Shown one piece after another: positions 1 through 16,885 of a stretch of DNA of 64,000 nt. This stretch comes from Octopus sinensis (Eukaryota). The position numbers and the translations under genes were made by a program. Numbering within the stretch: position 1 is the stretch's first letter; every line of letters starts with the position of its first letter. Location: NCBI RefSeq assembly GCF_006345805.1, contig NC_043011.1, positions 34,608,464-34,672,463 on the forward strand. Direction: 5' to 3'. The notes below the pieces were generated by a model. It saw nothing but the letters and a program-made list of their open reading frames with translations. It had not been told where the DNA came from and searched no databases.

Positions 1-2572
1 AGGATTTATATAAGGCCTCAACGGTTGATCATGCACCTCAGCAAGATTATATGCCAACCTTGTCAAGAGATTTTCATTTAATAAAATTGTTGCCAAGGTA
101 TAGATTTACTAATCTACTGTTTTCACATAGGGTGCCTCAAGGATTTATATAAGCCTCAACGGTTGATCATGCACCTCAGCAAGATTATATGCCAACTTGT
201 CAAGAGATTTTCATTTAATAAAATTGTTGCCAAGGTATAGATTTACTAATCTACTGTTTTCACATAGGGTGCCTCAAGGATTTATATAAGGCCTCAACGG
301 TTGATCATGCACCTCAGCAAGATTATATGCCAACCTTGTCAAGAGATTTTCATTTAATAACATTGTTGCCAAGGTATAGATTTACTAATCTACTGTTTTC
401 ACATAGGGTGCCTCAAGGATTTATATAAGGCCTCAACGGTTGATCATGCACCTCAGCAAGATTATATGCCAACTTGTCAAGAGATTTTCATTTAATAAAA
501 TTGTTGCCAAGGTATAGATTTACTAATCTACTGTTTTCACATAGGGTGCCTCAAGGATTTATATAAGGCCTCAACGGTTGATCATGCACCTCAGCAAGAT
601 TATATGCCAACTTGTCAAGAGATTTTCATTTAATAAAATTGTTGCCAAGGTATAGATTTACTAATCTACTGTTTTCACATAGGGTGCCTCAAGGATTTAT
701 AAGGCCTCAACGGTTGATCATGCACCTCAGCAAGATTATATGCCAACTTGTCAAGAGATTTTCATTTAATAAAATTGTTGCCAAGGTATAGATTTACTAA
801 TCTACTGTTTTCACATAGGGTGCCTCAAGGATTTATATAAGGCCTCAACGGTTGATCATGCACCTCAGCAAGATTATATGCCAACCTTGTCAAGAGATTT
901 TCATTTAATAAAATTGTTGCCAAGGTATAGATTTACTAATCTACTGTTTTCACATAGGGTGCCTCAAGGATTTATATAAGGCCTCAACGGTTGATCATGC
1001 ACCTCAGCAAGATTATATGCCAACTTGTCAAGAGATTTTCATTTAATAAAATTGTTGCCAAGGTATAGATTTACTAATCTACTGTTTTCACATAGGGTGC
1101 CTCAAGGATTTATATAAGGCCTCAACGGTTGATCATGCACCTCAGCAAGATTATATGCCAACCTTGTCAAGAGATTTTCATTTATAAAATTGTTGCCAAG
1201 GTATAGATTTACTAATCTACTGTTTTCACATAGGGTGCCTCAAGGATTTATATAAGGCCTCAACGGTTGATCATGCACCTCAGCAAGATTATATGCCAAC
1301 CTTGTCAAGAGATTTTCATTTAATAAAATTGTTGCCAAGGTATAGATTTACTAATCTACTGTTTTCACATAGGGTGCCTCAAGGATTTATATAAGGCCTC
1401 AACGGTTGATCATGCACCTCAGCAAGATTATATGCCAACCTTGTCAAGAGATTTTCATTTAATAAAATTGTTGCCAAGGTATAGATTTACTAATCTACTG
1501 TTTTCACATAGGGTGCCTCAAGGATTTATATAAGGCCTCAACGGTTGATCATGCACCTCAGCAAGATTATATGCCAACCTTGTCAAGAGATTTTCATTTA
1601 ATAAAATTGTTGCCAAGGTATAGATTTACTAATCTACTGTTTTCACATAGGGTGCCTCAGGGATTTATATAAGGCCTCAACGGTTGATCATGCACCTCAG
1701 CAAGATTATATGCCAACCTTGTCAAGAGATTTTCATTTAATAAAATTGTTGCCAAGGTATAGATTTACTAATCTACTGTTTTCACATAGGGTGCCTCAAG
1801 GATTTATATAAGGCCTCAACGGTTGATCATGCACCTCAGCAAGATTATATGCCAACCTTGTCAAGAGATTTTCATTTAATAAAATTGTTGCCAAGGTATA
1901 GATTTACTAATCTACTGTTTTCACATAGGGTGCCTCAAGGATTTATATAAGGCCTCAACGGTTGATCATGCACCTCAGCAAGATTATATGCCAACCTTGT
2001 CAAGAGATTTTCATTTAATAAAATTGTTGTCAAGGTATAGATTTACTAATCTACTGTTTTCACATAGGGTGCCTCAAGGATTTATATAAGGCCTCAACGG
2101 TTGATCATGCACCTCAGCAAGACTATATGCCAACCTTGTCAAGATATTTTCATTTAATAAAATTGCTGTCAAGGTATAGATTTACTAATCTACTGTTTTC
2201 ACATAGGGTGCCTCAAGAATTTATATAAGGCCTCAACGGTTTATCATGCACCTCAGCAAGACTATATGCCAACCTTGTCAAGATATTTTCATTTAATAAA
2301 ATTGTTGCCAAGGTATAGATTTACTAATCTACTGTTTTCACATAGGGTGCCTCAAGGATTTATATAAGGCCTCAACGGTTGATCATGCACCTCAGCAAGA
2401 TTATATGCCGACCTTGTCAAGATATTTTCATTTAATAAAATTGCTGTCAAGGTATAGATTTACTAATCTACTGTTTTCACATAGGGTGCCTCAAGGATTT
2501 ATATAAGGCCTCAACGGTTTATCATGCACCTCAGCAAGATTATATGCCGACCTTGTCAAGAGATTTTCATTA
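1..2572. repeat. 139-bp tandem repeat array (~18.5 copies visible, runs off the left edge)
   Basis: Unit aggatttatataaggcctcaacggttgatcatgcacctcagc...ttttcacatagggtgcctca recurs at 1, 140, 277, 416 and onward. Copies are near identical, with occasional 1-2 bp indels and more substitutions in the last few copies. Confidence 0.98.
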
Positions 2573-2756
2573 ATGTTACATTCGAATCATCCTTCAGTAC
2601 GTCAGCGACGGTTATTCAATGAAAAATCCTCCGATTTAGGCCGATTCATCAGCTTCATTGCAGGCATTCCTGTCGCAATGCAAAGAATTAGAACATCGAA
2701 AGGGATACTCGATCTATTTTTAATACGTTATTTACTGTATAGCGTTTGTTTTTCTT

Positions 2757-3790
2757 ACGAGAGTTGGGGAAAACGTCCATTGGTTGGCGAAAATACTCTC
2801 ATTGAATGTGAGCAAATGTGATGTGTTTTTCAACATACTCCTCCTTGCAGTCCACACAATCTGTACTGCAGTGCTTGAATCCCCTGATGAGAAATCTTGC
2901 ATCCTGTTGCTCCCAAAATGTCATCAGCAACAGATATAACGTCATCATTACTACGATACTGATTCACAGGCAAGTTTTTTTTCACGTTGGGACACAGGTG
3001 AAATAAGGAAAATAAAGAGGCTGATCAAGCAGTTTGAACTCAGAGTTGCAAGTAAGGACTCGTGTGGTGGAGTATTGTCCCGTTTAAACAGTTCTCCTGG
3101 GCATTTGGTCTTGATGGCTTTCCGTAACTGCCTCAGAAAGTTGGCATATTACTCTCCATTGATGGTGTGGCCCTTTAGCATATGGTCAATAATCACAATA
3201 CCTTTTTTATCCCGAAAAACTGAGACCATCACCTTCCCTGCAGATAAAACGACTTGGCATTTTTGGAGCAAGTGATGATGGGTATTCCACTGAATAGATT
3301 GTCATTTTGAATCTGGCTCAAAATGATGAAGCCAACACTCATCCTAACTTCGGAAACGTTCAAGGAAACCAGCTGTTTCTGCCTCAAACAATGTCGGATT
3401 TTTCCGTGGAACCCACGGAGCAGAAACCTTCATTATACAAAGTTCATTCTCAATTGTTCCACAGGTTATGCTAATAGCATTGGCTATTTGATTTATAGGC
3501 AATCGCCAGTGATCCATTGCAATGTGGTGAACATGATCAATGCTTTCCTTGGTGGTGGTGGTGGTGGTGGTAGTGGCAGGGGGTGCGATAACTCCAGACC
3601 TTGGGTCATTTTCAAGGCTCTCCCTTTCCCTTCTAAATTCAGCTGCCCCTTTTTACGCTTTCGAGCGTTATCGCCTAATGTAGCAATCATATTAACATAA
3701 AAATCGTTGGCGGGAGTGGGGTTAAACCCCTTACCTGCTGGTACTTGATAACACCACGATATCAAATTTTATCTGTTTTTTAAAAGAGGT
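2757..3790 (-). mobile_element. Degenerate mariner-like DNA transposon remnant
   Basis: Begins tacgagagttgg, similar to the termini of the mariner at 5603-6815. The interior resembles the reverse complement of transposase sequence, with no intact ORF. Confidence 0.55.
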
Positions 3791-3879
3791 CGCTACTAAT
3801 TACTTTTGAAGTCTGCTTTGGAAAGTCTGGTGTCAGTTTTCCCGGAAAGAAATAATGCAGTTATTTATAAGAAGAATTT

Positions 3880-4105
3880 GAGGCGTCGAGCTTGCAGAAT
3901 CGTTAGCACGCGGGACGAAATGCTTAGCGGTATTTCGCCCGTTGTTACGTTCTGGGTTCAAATTCCGCCGAGGGCAATTTTGCCTTTTATCTTTTCGGTG
4001 TTGATAAATTAAGTACCAGCTGATCACTGAAGGGAGGGGGTTCAATGTAATCGACTAGTCCCCTCCCCACAAAATTCAAGCCTTGTGCCTGTAGTAGAAA
4101 GGATT
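3880..4105 (+). mobile_element. tRNA-derived SINE (family 1)
   Basis: gcagaatcgttagcacg...gttcaaattccgccgag...ttgcctttt...aagtaccag motif, repeated many times in the window. Confidence 0.8.
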
Positions 4106-5602
4106 AATAAGATGAGTTGAAATTCGTGTATGCAAGATTTAACAGCTCTAGCATCACACCATCATAGTCATCGTATGAACATTTCAACCACGCCTCGCAA
4201 CTTGGAGATCTCAAGTTCAAATCCTGCTACTTTGTTCTCCACTGATTAGATAAAACTCATGTTGGTGGTTTATAAAGATAGCAAGTCAAACATTTAATGT
4301 CAATATTAAAAATGTTCTGCTTATGAAAGCTTTACTAATCAAACCAGAATTCAGGCACTCGCGCGCGTAGAGAAATTCAAATCCCCGTGGCCGCCATGAA
4401 AGCTTACAGGTTTCTTGCACAACATAACACCTAGCGCAATACAGCATAGTAAATTTACTATTTGCTTAATTTTGAGTCTGTTGAGCAAGAGGACCACTCC
4501 AGGTTTAGAAAAGTCGGGAATCTGGAAAGAATTTGTGACCAGAGTTTTCGGAAAATCGATGTTGTACCTGGATAAAAGTGTTAGCGACTCGATGTGTCCT
4601 TGCTTATCTTTCAAATATTCTATGAATTCACGAATCTCTTTTATTAGTTTCAGGTATAGCTCTGCGGCCATGCTGGGCGACCACTTTGGAGGGTTTAGTC
4701 ATTCAAATCGACACAGTGCATATTTTTATGTGTTGTATTTATTCGGGTTCCTTTTGCCGAACTGTGGGACGTAAACTAAGCATTCTTTGAGTTTGGGTTT
4801 GTTTTTCACCGCTTTGATAACCGGTGAAACAGAAACATGGGATGAAACGAACACATACTGATAATATCCGTGCGTGCATATGTACATACATACGTACGAA
4901 CTAACCAATGACGGATTTACGCACAGTTTCTGTCAATCTAATTCCATATACAGTAGAACTCACTCGCCCAAGTTAACACGCAGTCTTTTACTATTAATTG
5001 TTGGAACATGGGAAAATACATCCGCGTGTGTTATTTAAGGACAATGTCCTATGACACTCTGGAAACAATTCTGTGTTGAAAGAATTGCCTGTGGGTTGCG
5101 AAAGCTTTATATGAAATATTTTATAACCCTATAAATTGTTACTAGTTGCAGTCGTAAGCAACAGAAGCCGTAATAACTAGCATGTTTTCTCTATACAGAC
5201 AAATTTCTAAAGTGTAATATAAAATTAGTGATATACGGTATTACTATAATATATAATTATTTATGTCTAACCAACACCATACATGTATCAACAGGTGTGC
5301 AAACACCTTATATCTATATATATTATCGTTGTAAATAGATTAATAGGAATCGATTGAATTGGTTTCAGTTACGTGTTGGAATTTCAACAGTGACTAAGGA
5401 CTCGATTTGACTGTCTAGAAACATACTGTTTGTAAATTCACTACTTTCTACTAAGAGCTTAATTAAAGTAAATCGACCAGTTTACATATTTTACATTCTG
5501 GGAAGTTATTTCGATTACCAAGTTACTAAGTTAACAGATTTTCATTTCGATGTTATACTGTATTATAGTATGTACGTATAAATGTTTAACCAATATTATA
5601 TA

Positions 5603-6815
5603 CGAGGGTGGGCTGAAAGGTTCACAGGCTAACTATGAAGGAGTGATGCTAGAGCTGTCAAATCTCATATGCAGTAATTTTAACTCCTCTTGTTAATAAC
5701 TGCATTGTTTCTTTCCAGGTAAACTGACATCTGGCTGTTCAGAGAGGACTTCAAAACTAACTAATGACGACTTTTCTTGAAAATGGACAAAATTTGACAT
5801 CGTGGTGCTTGCAGAAAACGGGTTTAGCCCTCAAAGATATCTGTGCTGACATGGTTGCTACACTAGGGCATTACTCTCCAGCTATATCGACCGTGCAAAA
5901 GTGGGCCGGTGAATTTGGGAGGAGAACAAAATCTTGAAAATGACCCTCGATCTGGGCGTCCTGCAACTCCCATCACAGAAGAAAACATTCACCGGGTTCA
6001 CCACATGGTAATGGATTATAGGTGACTAACTATAAATCAAATAGCATATCCTGTAATAGAGTTGAGAATATCCTGCACAATGAAGTTGGTATGACGATAG
6101 TTTCTGCTCAGTGGGCGCCACATTTGATATCTGATTAGAATCCTACCGTGCTGATTTACATCACGGGAAAATCTGACATTGTTTGAGGCAGATCCAGCTG
6201 GTCTCCTTGAACGTTTTCTGTCCCAGGATGACTTGGTTTCAACGCTTTGAGCCAGAAACAGAGACAACCCATACAGTGAAAACACCTCTCCTCACCTGCT
6301 CCAAAGATGGTCAAGGTCATTTTATTTGCAGAGAAGATGATGGCCTCAGTTTTTCGGGATGTAAGAGGTGTTGTGTTTATTGACTATCTTCAAAAATGCC
6401 ACATCATCAATGTAGAGTACTATGCCAACTTGTTGAGGCAGTTACGAAATACTATCAAGACCAAACGCCCAGGAAAACTGTTTCATCAGGACAATGCTCC
6501 AGTACATAAGTCCTTACTTCTAATGGCTACTGTGAGTGACTGGGTTAAAACTGGTTGATCAGTCACCCTATTCTCCTTATTTGGCCCCCATCTGACGATC
6601 ACCTGTTTCCCAACGTGAAAAATCACCTGGCTGGGAACCAGTATCGTAGTAGCATCTGGTGTTGATGACTTTTTGAACAACAATGGGATCCAAGCACTGC
6701 AATACAAATGGAATTGTGTGGGCCACAAGGGGGACTATGTTGAAAAATAAACCTCATTTGGTCATACACCATGAAAGTATTTTGGTCAGCCTATGGGCAT
6801 TTTCGCCAACTCTCG
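5603..6815 (+). mobile_element. Full-length but decayed mariner transposon
   Basis: TA-flanked imperfect TIRs (ta|cgagggtgggctgaaaggttcacaggct ... agcctatgggcattttcgccaactctcg|ta). Transposase fragments include MMASVFRDVRGVVFIDYLQK, YYANLLRQLR and LFHQDNAPVH, with frameshifts and stops. Confidence 0.9.
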
Positions 6816-7537
6816 TATGTATGGACAGATGCAAGAGCTTGCAGGCAGAAAAAGGAAGCTCAACCGATGAAAGACATTTCAACATAGAATTGAAACCATT
6901 CCGAAGGGTATACCAGCGTAGACCCAGATGACTCATAAAAACGTAGTTACAGTGCTATGATTTTGATGAGTAGTCTGCTCCCCGAAGGTTGTTCTGGGGC
7001 TAAAGGAAAACAAAAATGCCTGCTTTGTTCATACAGAAGATGCTGGTTGTATTTATTTAGGGCCATTTTCATTGTAAGTTCAAATGCGACCGAAGTCGAT
7101 TTCATTCTTTCATTCTTCCACAGTTGAGTAAAACAATTAGTATCTGTTTATTGGTTTCGATAACCTATCGCTGATTAGGTTAGGTTGAGTAATCAATATC
7201 ATCCCTGAAAATAACTTCGTCCCTGCCACTCAGAGTGAAAATTGAGCTTAACCGACGTCATGTGACTATCGGAGACTCCATCAGCAATCCACCGGACATC
7301 CCATACACTCAACTAACTGATACACAAGAAAGTAAATGAAAAAACAAATAAATAGATAGAAACCTACAAATCAAGTAACAAATGATTTATTGTCATTTAA
7401 AGCACAAATAAATATGTAAATATACAAATAAACAAATAAATGAAATTTACATCTTTTTGCTTCGTAATACAGTTTATTTCATTTTACGGTAGACATTTTG
7501 GATAACAGAATTTAGAGTGATGTTGTTTTCGTTAGTT

Positions 7538-10705
<3,168 letters not shown>

Positions 10706-10728
10706 GTCTGAAACGTGAAAATAATCAC

Positions 10729-10770
10729 GATAGATAGATATATAGATAAATAGATAGACAGGTAGGTAGG

Positions 10771-10815
<45 letters not shown>

Positions 10816-10854
10816 TGATAGATAGACAGACAGATAGATAGATAAAATATAGAC

Positions 10855-10914
<60 letters not shown>

Positions 10915-10949
10915 GGGTAAACAGACAGACTGATAAACAGATAGATAAT

Positions 10950-11021
<72 letters not shown>

Positions 11022-11088
11022 TAGATAGACAGACAGACAGATAGATTGATAGATAAATAGATAGATAGATGGATGGATAGATAGATAT
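10729..11088. repeat. (GATA/GACA)n microsatellite in intron 1 of gene A (continues at 12206-12268)
   Basis: Directly visible. Confidence 0.95.
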
Positions 11089-12204
11089 GTTTCTTTATTA
11101 GCCACACAGGGCTGCACACAGATAGAACAAATTACAAGGTAGAGCTTTTCTTTTGAAGGTATTAAAAAAAAAAAATAAATAAAAAAAAAAAAAAGGAAGG
11201 GGGAGGTTCGATCAAAAGGGATCGTAAAAGGAGAGAAAGAGGACAAAAATAAGGGGGTTTAAAAAAAAAAATTAAAAAAAAAGGGGGGGAGAGGAAAAAA
11301 AATGATCAATAGGGATCGTTATCACAGAAATGTCAATATGAAGTGTAAAGGGGAGGACAGGTGAGGTTTACCCGTGGAAAGAAAAGCCTGCGGAAAAGAC
11401 CACGGTAACCTCGGTCAATGAAGTCACATTTTATATTTCTTTTTTTTTTTTTTTTTTGCAAATAAGCAACTCTCTGTTTTCGATTTCTGGGTTCATAGGA
11501 CTATGCTCAAGGTGGCTTCGTCATTCATACGTGCCATTCTTGCTACATTCACCCATCTTTTTTTAAAACATTCGCTAGACAAAACTTGCCTCTCTACTCT
11601 CACTTTCCTTTTCAAGTGGTACTTGAAGAAGTTGATGAGAGATTGACCAGAGAGGAAAGTGTTTGTCTCCAATCCTTTCAGACGCGTCCACAGATACATT
11701 CTTTCGCCATAGCCACAAGGATGATGAAAATAGCTCTTCCTTCCCGTTTGAAGGAAGGAGGCGTGACAATATTGACGATAGACTCAGCTGATAAACCGAC
11801 TCGTCCCACACGTGACAGCAGTTGTTCGACATAAGCCCACAGGTCGGAAATTGTTGGACACTGAACGAGTGCGTGCAGAACGGTTTCGTCGCTCTGACCG
11901 CATCTCGGGCAGGTCGGCCCCGTGTTTCTCGAGCCGTGTCTGTAGAGCTTATCCCGAACGGGTAGCGCTTCTCGGTAGCACTGCCAGGCCAGGGATCTCT
12001 GGAAGTTGTCCATGGGCCCTGGCCCGAAAGTCGTCCCGAACAGGCGGGTCAGGTACTCCTCGTCGACGTCCAGGTTCGCCCCGAGCTCGTCGTCGTACCT
12101 CCCCTCCACTAAACCCCTATAGAATGCTTTGGTTGTGTTGAAGTCACTTAAGGTCGACCCAGGACGGCAGAGTTGCTTGAGAGCAACGCGACACTCGCGG
12201 TGCC

Positions 12205-12205
<1 letters not shown>
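11089..12205 (-). mobile_element. 5'-truncated L1/Tx1-like LINE 3' end, inserted in the GATA microsatellite
   Basis: ORF 11678-12109 has the zf-RVT-type motif CPRCGQSDETVLHALVQCP. A 3'UTR and AATAAA lie near 11095, with GATA repeats on both sides. Confidence 0.8.
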
Positions 12206-12269
<64 letters not shown>

Positions 12270-12279
12270 AAGAAATGTA

Positions 12280-13516
12280 CAGAGTGTCCCGAAATTAAGG
12301 CAAATTTCAGGCTTTAATAACTAGCAATACATGTGATAAAATATGAAAATTATACATCATAAAAGCTTAGTGTATCTTCTTTTTGTTTCGGACTAAATAA
12401 ATTCAGATTTATAAATTTGATAATGGCTATAGACGGAAATACAATCATAACCTTCCACAAAGAAGGCGAAAGTAATACAGTAATAGCAAAAAACGCTTAA
12501 AATTAACCGAACAGCAAACATTCTGGAAAATTGTCAAGAAATTTCAAGACACTGGTTTCACCGCTGATCGACCTGGACGTGGCCGAAAAAGCTTATTTAA
12601 AGTACCAGAGAAAAGATACGCCGAGATCCTCGTAGTTCTGGCAGAAAACTGGCTGCCACAACAAAAATAAGCCGAACATCGATGCATCGAATGCTGAGGG
12701 AGGATCTCAGGACACACCCCTGCAAGACGATCCGTCGTCATGAGCTCACGCATGTTTATAAGGCCATGTGACTGGAGAGAAGTCATCTTATCCTACGCCA
12801 GATTGCTGAAGGCATGCTGCCCAACCTGGCGTTCACTGATGAAAATAAATTTGACATGGAACAGATAGTAAACCACCAGAATAACCGACTTTGGAGTGCA
12901 TCTGGCTCCGTCGAGGTGAGACTCATAAATCGACGTCAAAATACACAGTCAGGTATGGTTTGGGCGGCTGTGACATCCACTGGAAGGTCTCCCTCGGGTG
13001 TTAAGATTAACACCCAGCAATACATTAGCGACATTCTGGAAGCTGAACTGCTGCCTTGGGTGAATGAGCACTGTGAAGAAGCACCTTGGAGTCTCCAACA
13101 GGACTCGGCACCATCCTACAGCTCCCAACTGACACAACACTGGATTCAGAAAAAACATTCCGTCGTTCATAGGCTCTCAAGAAGCCCCAATCTCAACCCG
13201 CTGGATTTTTCTGTTTGGTCCATTTTGGAGACGAGGATCTCGAGCACTCCTCATGCTTCGCTCGACTCTCTGAAGGCAAAACTGCGCCAAGAACGGGTTT
13301 CGGTTCCGCAAGAACAGCTGCATACTACGTGTGAAGCAGTCGCTCCTAGACTTAAGGCTGTGATTCGAAACAGAAGTGGTTATATCGAATAAATATAGTA
13401 GAATCCTAATTGTGTTTCTTTTACCATTGCATTGCAATGCTCGGACACGAAATATAACAATATTTTGCTTTGGAAAAATTGAAAATAGTTGGTTGCCTTG
13501 AATTTAGGACACCCTG
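12280..13516 (+). mobile_element. Tc1/mariner-superfamily transposon (maT/DD37D-like), decayed
   Basis: TA-flanked TIRs ta|cagagtgtcccgaaattaaggcaa ... ttgccttgaatttaggacaccctg|ta. ORF 12814-13392 contains FTDENKF, MVWAAVT, LQQDSAP and SPNLNPLDFSVW. Confidence 0.9.
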
Positions 13517-13617
13517 TAGATGGATTCTTGTTAGAGAATTAGAATATGAACTGCTAATTATGAGACTGAGAGAAGAAATTAGACAATTCCTTCCAATGCA
13601 CTAATAAAAATACATAC

Positions 13618-13669
13618 TGAATTGTGCATGAGATGTGTGTTAAAAAAACAGAACAAGCCGTTTTATATA
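13618..13669 (-). promoter_or_regulatory. Gene A TATA box (13662-13669) and short non-coding first exon ending at donor 13618
   Basis: Minus strand ttacTATATAAAacgg...acatctcatgcacaattca|gtatgt, with the same layout as 31098-31152. Confidence 0.7.
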
Positions 13670-14344
13670 GTAATCCATGACTAACAGCTGTGTCGTTCTC
13701 ATCTAATTGAGAAACCATTGAAATTGACTGAAGAGAAGCAGAAAATGCTGATATAATCGCTTTAGAGATAAGTGGTGAGGAACATATTTACAAAATTGTC
13801 TCGAAAGCAACAATTTTGCTGTGAGTTATAAATATTTAGTTACGCAGAATAAAAAAAAATGTTTGACCTCATCAACTTTGTTTTTCACATACAGTTTATC
13901 AAAGACTTATATAATATCACAACGGTCGAAGTTGACCATGCACCTCAGCAGGCTTGTATGCAAACCTGAGTGAGATATTTTCAATAAGACTAGATGTCTT
14001 ATTCAATCACTCCACTCTACGATAACCACAACGGTTATGGAAGGTAAAAGCCACCTATCGATCGACTTCATTACAGGGATTTCTGTCATATTGCATAGAA
14101 AAGGAAGAAACCACGGCTTACTGCTCGATCCTCTCTCATTTTTGCGAATCCTTTGCTCAGGTACACTACATATTCATTGACCCTCAAATGAATAAAGGTA
14201 GCAGGATTGTATGTTACAGTGCATTTCTATATATTAAAACGGTAACCTTTATCGTATTTAACATAAAATAGTGGTAAAAAACATCAATAGATACAATATA
14301 CAAGATTCTTTTTTATCTTGCTAAAACATATCCAGTATTTTGAA

Positions 14345-16280
14345 GGTTAAATGACTGGTAGCAGCAGTTATGCTGGATTTAGATGATGAGATAACGCTGT
14401 TATCTGTAGAAGTAATGGAAGAAAGAAACTGGACGGGTCAGACAGTAAAAATGTTGATCCAGGCGGAGCCACTGACTCTGGAAAAAAATTCCATAGGTCA
14501 TTGAGGTGGTAGAGGCTAAATTAGTCGTGATGGTAGAGGGGAGGAAGCTCCGCTGTTTCAAGTGTAGATTGAAAGGCTATGTTAGATCAGATTGTAAGAC
14601 CGCACAGGAAGAAACAGAAGAGGAAGAAAACAAAGAAAACAAAGAGGAAAGAAAAAGAAAAAGACAGAGTCGAAGAATAACAAAGAAGGGGAGGGTTGGG
14701 ATATTGTTAAAAACAAAAGAAAAATAAAACTAACCTCCCCAGAAAAAAAGAACTATAAAAAAGGCGAAAAGCTAGGGAAAAAAAGAAAAACAAAAGAAAG
14801 AATTATACATGGCGGTAAGGGTTTCTAATATGAGGCTAGTACACCGCCTATAGTGCATAAAAAACATAAAAAAGATAGAAAATGAAGATGTGAGAGAAGG
14901 ACACGAGATTTACAACGTGAATCAAAAAACATATATTTTTGTGAACGAATATAGGGAGGACGCAGGCCCATTGAGATGGGATATATCACCCCAAATCTAT
15001 GAATGCATACATAATCCGACTTCACGAGCCAGAGAAAAAGAAGAGGAGGCGGATTCGTGCGTGGCCTCACGTCGAGCTGGAAACAAGGACGTTTCCTAAA
15101 TGACGTTAGGTCAAGAAAGTTAGATGTTATTGTGGCTACTGAAACCTGGTTAAAAGGGCCAAGAGGTCTGCTTCCGCTCCTGGACAGTTACGAGAAATAT
15201 ATTTCTCCAGGCCGGCCTGCGGGTCGGGGTGAGGTGTTGGTCCTACTAAAAAGAAACAGGGTTTCAGAGAAAAAGTTGATTTTTTTCTGATCCAGAAGGT
15301 AGGCTGGTCGTCTTAGATTTGACTTTCATTTGTGGTAGGAAAACCAGACTGGTGGCAATTTACGCCTCCAATTCTGGTCAGACTGAAAACCTAGAGAAGT
15401 TTCGTGGTACATCGCATTCGTTAGTTTTGTTAGGAGAATTTAACACTATTCACGATGCACGCGTGGATTGTGTTAGCTCGAGTACGAATAGGAGACCAAA
15501 TCCTGGCTTCCGGGATCTACTAAGTCGCTTTCAGCTAGTAAATCCATACAGACTAGAATTCCAAAAACGCTCCATTATGGACGTGGTTAAGTGGTGATGG
15601 GTCTTCAAGGTCGTATATAGATAGGATCCTAATTAGAAAAATAAAGACATGGCTAAGTGTCCACAGTTTCACCGGGTCAGCTACAGTGATCACAAGTTTG
15701 TCACTTGTAAGCTGAACTTAGATAAGTTACATAGCAAAGGCTCTGGCTACTGGAAACTCAATAAGTTCCTTTTGGCGATTGAGGAGTACAGGAACCAGAT
15801 TAAATTATTGATACAGAGAGCATTGACAGGTACCATCATTAACCATCATGGTGGTGTGCCCTAAAAAGAGCCATTAAATTTGAGTCTATTAGATATAACA
15901 TAGGTTTAGTGGCTAGAGAACATAGGAGGGAAGTAGAACAAGCTAAGACCCTAGAGGAAGCCATGGTGACTGGTAGTGTATCTCAGGTAAAGGCAGAGAG
16001 ACTGGAATTAAAGCAGCGCCTCGAAGCCAAACACAAGGGGTGTATTGTCAGGACTAGACTTCGAGCAATGGGTTGCGAGGTGATCAGAGCCGCTGGTGGA
16101 CTCGAATGGTGGAAGCCCAACGTAGAAATTATTCCACTATTCGATCTTTGGAGAATCCACAAGGTGAGTTGGTAAACGAACCCGAGGAGATGTGTAAGAC
16201 TTATCAAGAGCACTTTGCCCATCGTGAGGAGCGATGGACCGCATAGTAGGTTGGACCTTACGGAGTTCCTCGTCGGGCTG
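14345..16280 (+). mobile_element. Degenerate L1/Tx1-like LINE 5' half (ORF1 zinc knuckle + APE endonuclease)
   Basis: CFKCRLKGYVRSDC knuckle-like motif. DVIVATETW, VLLGEFN and YSDHKFV...GYWKLN endonuclease motifs appear in broken frames. Confidence 0.8.
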
Positions 16281-16885
16281 TGGGTAGTAGCCCTTTGTGG
16301 GTAGTAAAGAAATAGGTATTTCGTCTGCCGCTGCGTTCTGAGTTCAAATTCTGCCGAGGTCGACTTTGCCTTTCATCCTTTCGGGGTCGATAAATTAAGC
16401 ACCAGTTACGCACTTGGGTCGATGTAATCGACTTAATCCGTTCGTCTGTCCTTATTTGTCCCCTCTGTGTTTAGCCCCTTGTGGGTAATAAAGAAATAGC
16501 TATTTCGTCTGTCTTTACGTTCTGAGTTCAAATTCTGCCGTGGTCGACTTTGCCTTTCATCCTTTCGGGTTCAATAAATTAAGTACCCGTTGCGATCTGG
16601 GATCGATCTAGTCGACTGGCCCCCTCCCACAAAATTTCGGGTCTTGTGTCTGGAGTAGGAAAGAAAGGCGGCGAGCTGGCAGAAACGTTAGCTCGCCGGG
16701 CGAAATGCGTAGCCGTATTTCGTCTGCCGTTACGTTCTGAGTTCAAATTCCGCCGAGGTCGACTTTGCCTTTCATCCTTTCGGGGTCGCTTAAATAAGTA
16801 CCAGTTACACATTGGGATCGATGTAATCGACTTAATCCCTTTGTTTGTCCCCCCCTGTGTTAAGCCCCCTGTGGGCAGTAAATAA
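16281..16885 (+). mobile_element. Tandem family 1 SINE copies
   Basis: Three successive gttctgagttcaaatt...gtcgactttgcctttcatcctttcggg units. Confidence 0.85.

Noticed and set aside
1-2572. CRISPR array or array of tandem coding exons (the unit contains tactaat...cacatag and ag|gtatag)
   Set aside because: There are no unique spacers and the context is eukaryotic. The implied intron would be only ~33 nt, and indels between copies break frame. Homology places the unit upstream of a promoter.
4351-4671. 106-aa ORF MAAELYLKLIKEIREF...
   Set aside because: No recognisable motif or convincing splice sites, and the start lies in a SINE-tail fragment. It cannot be supported without a search.
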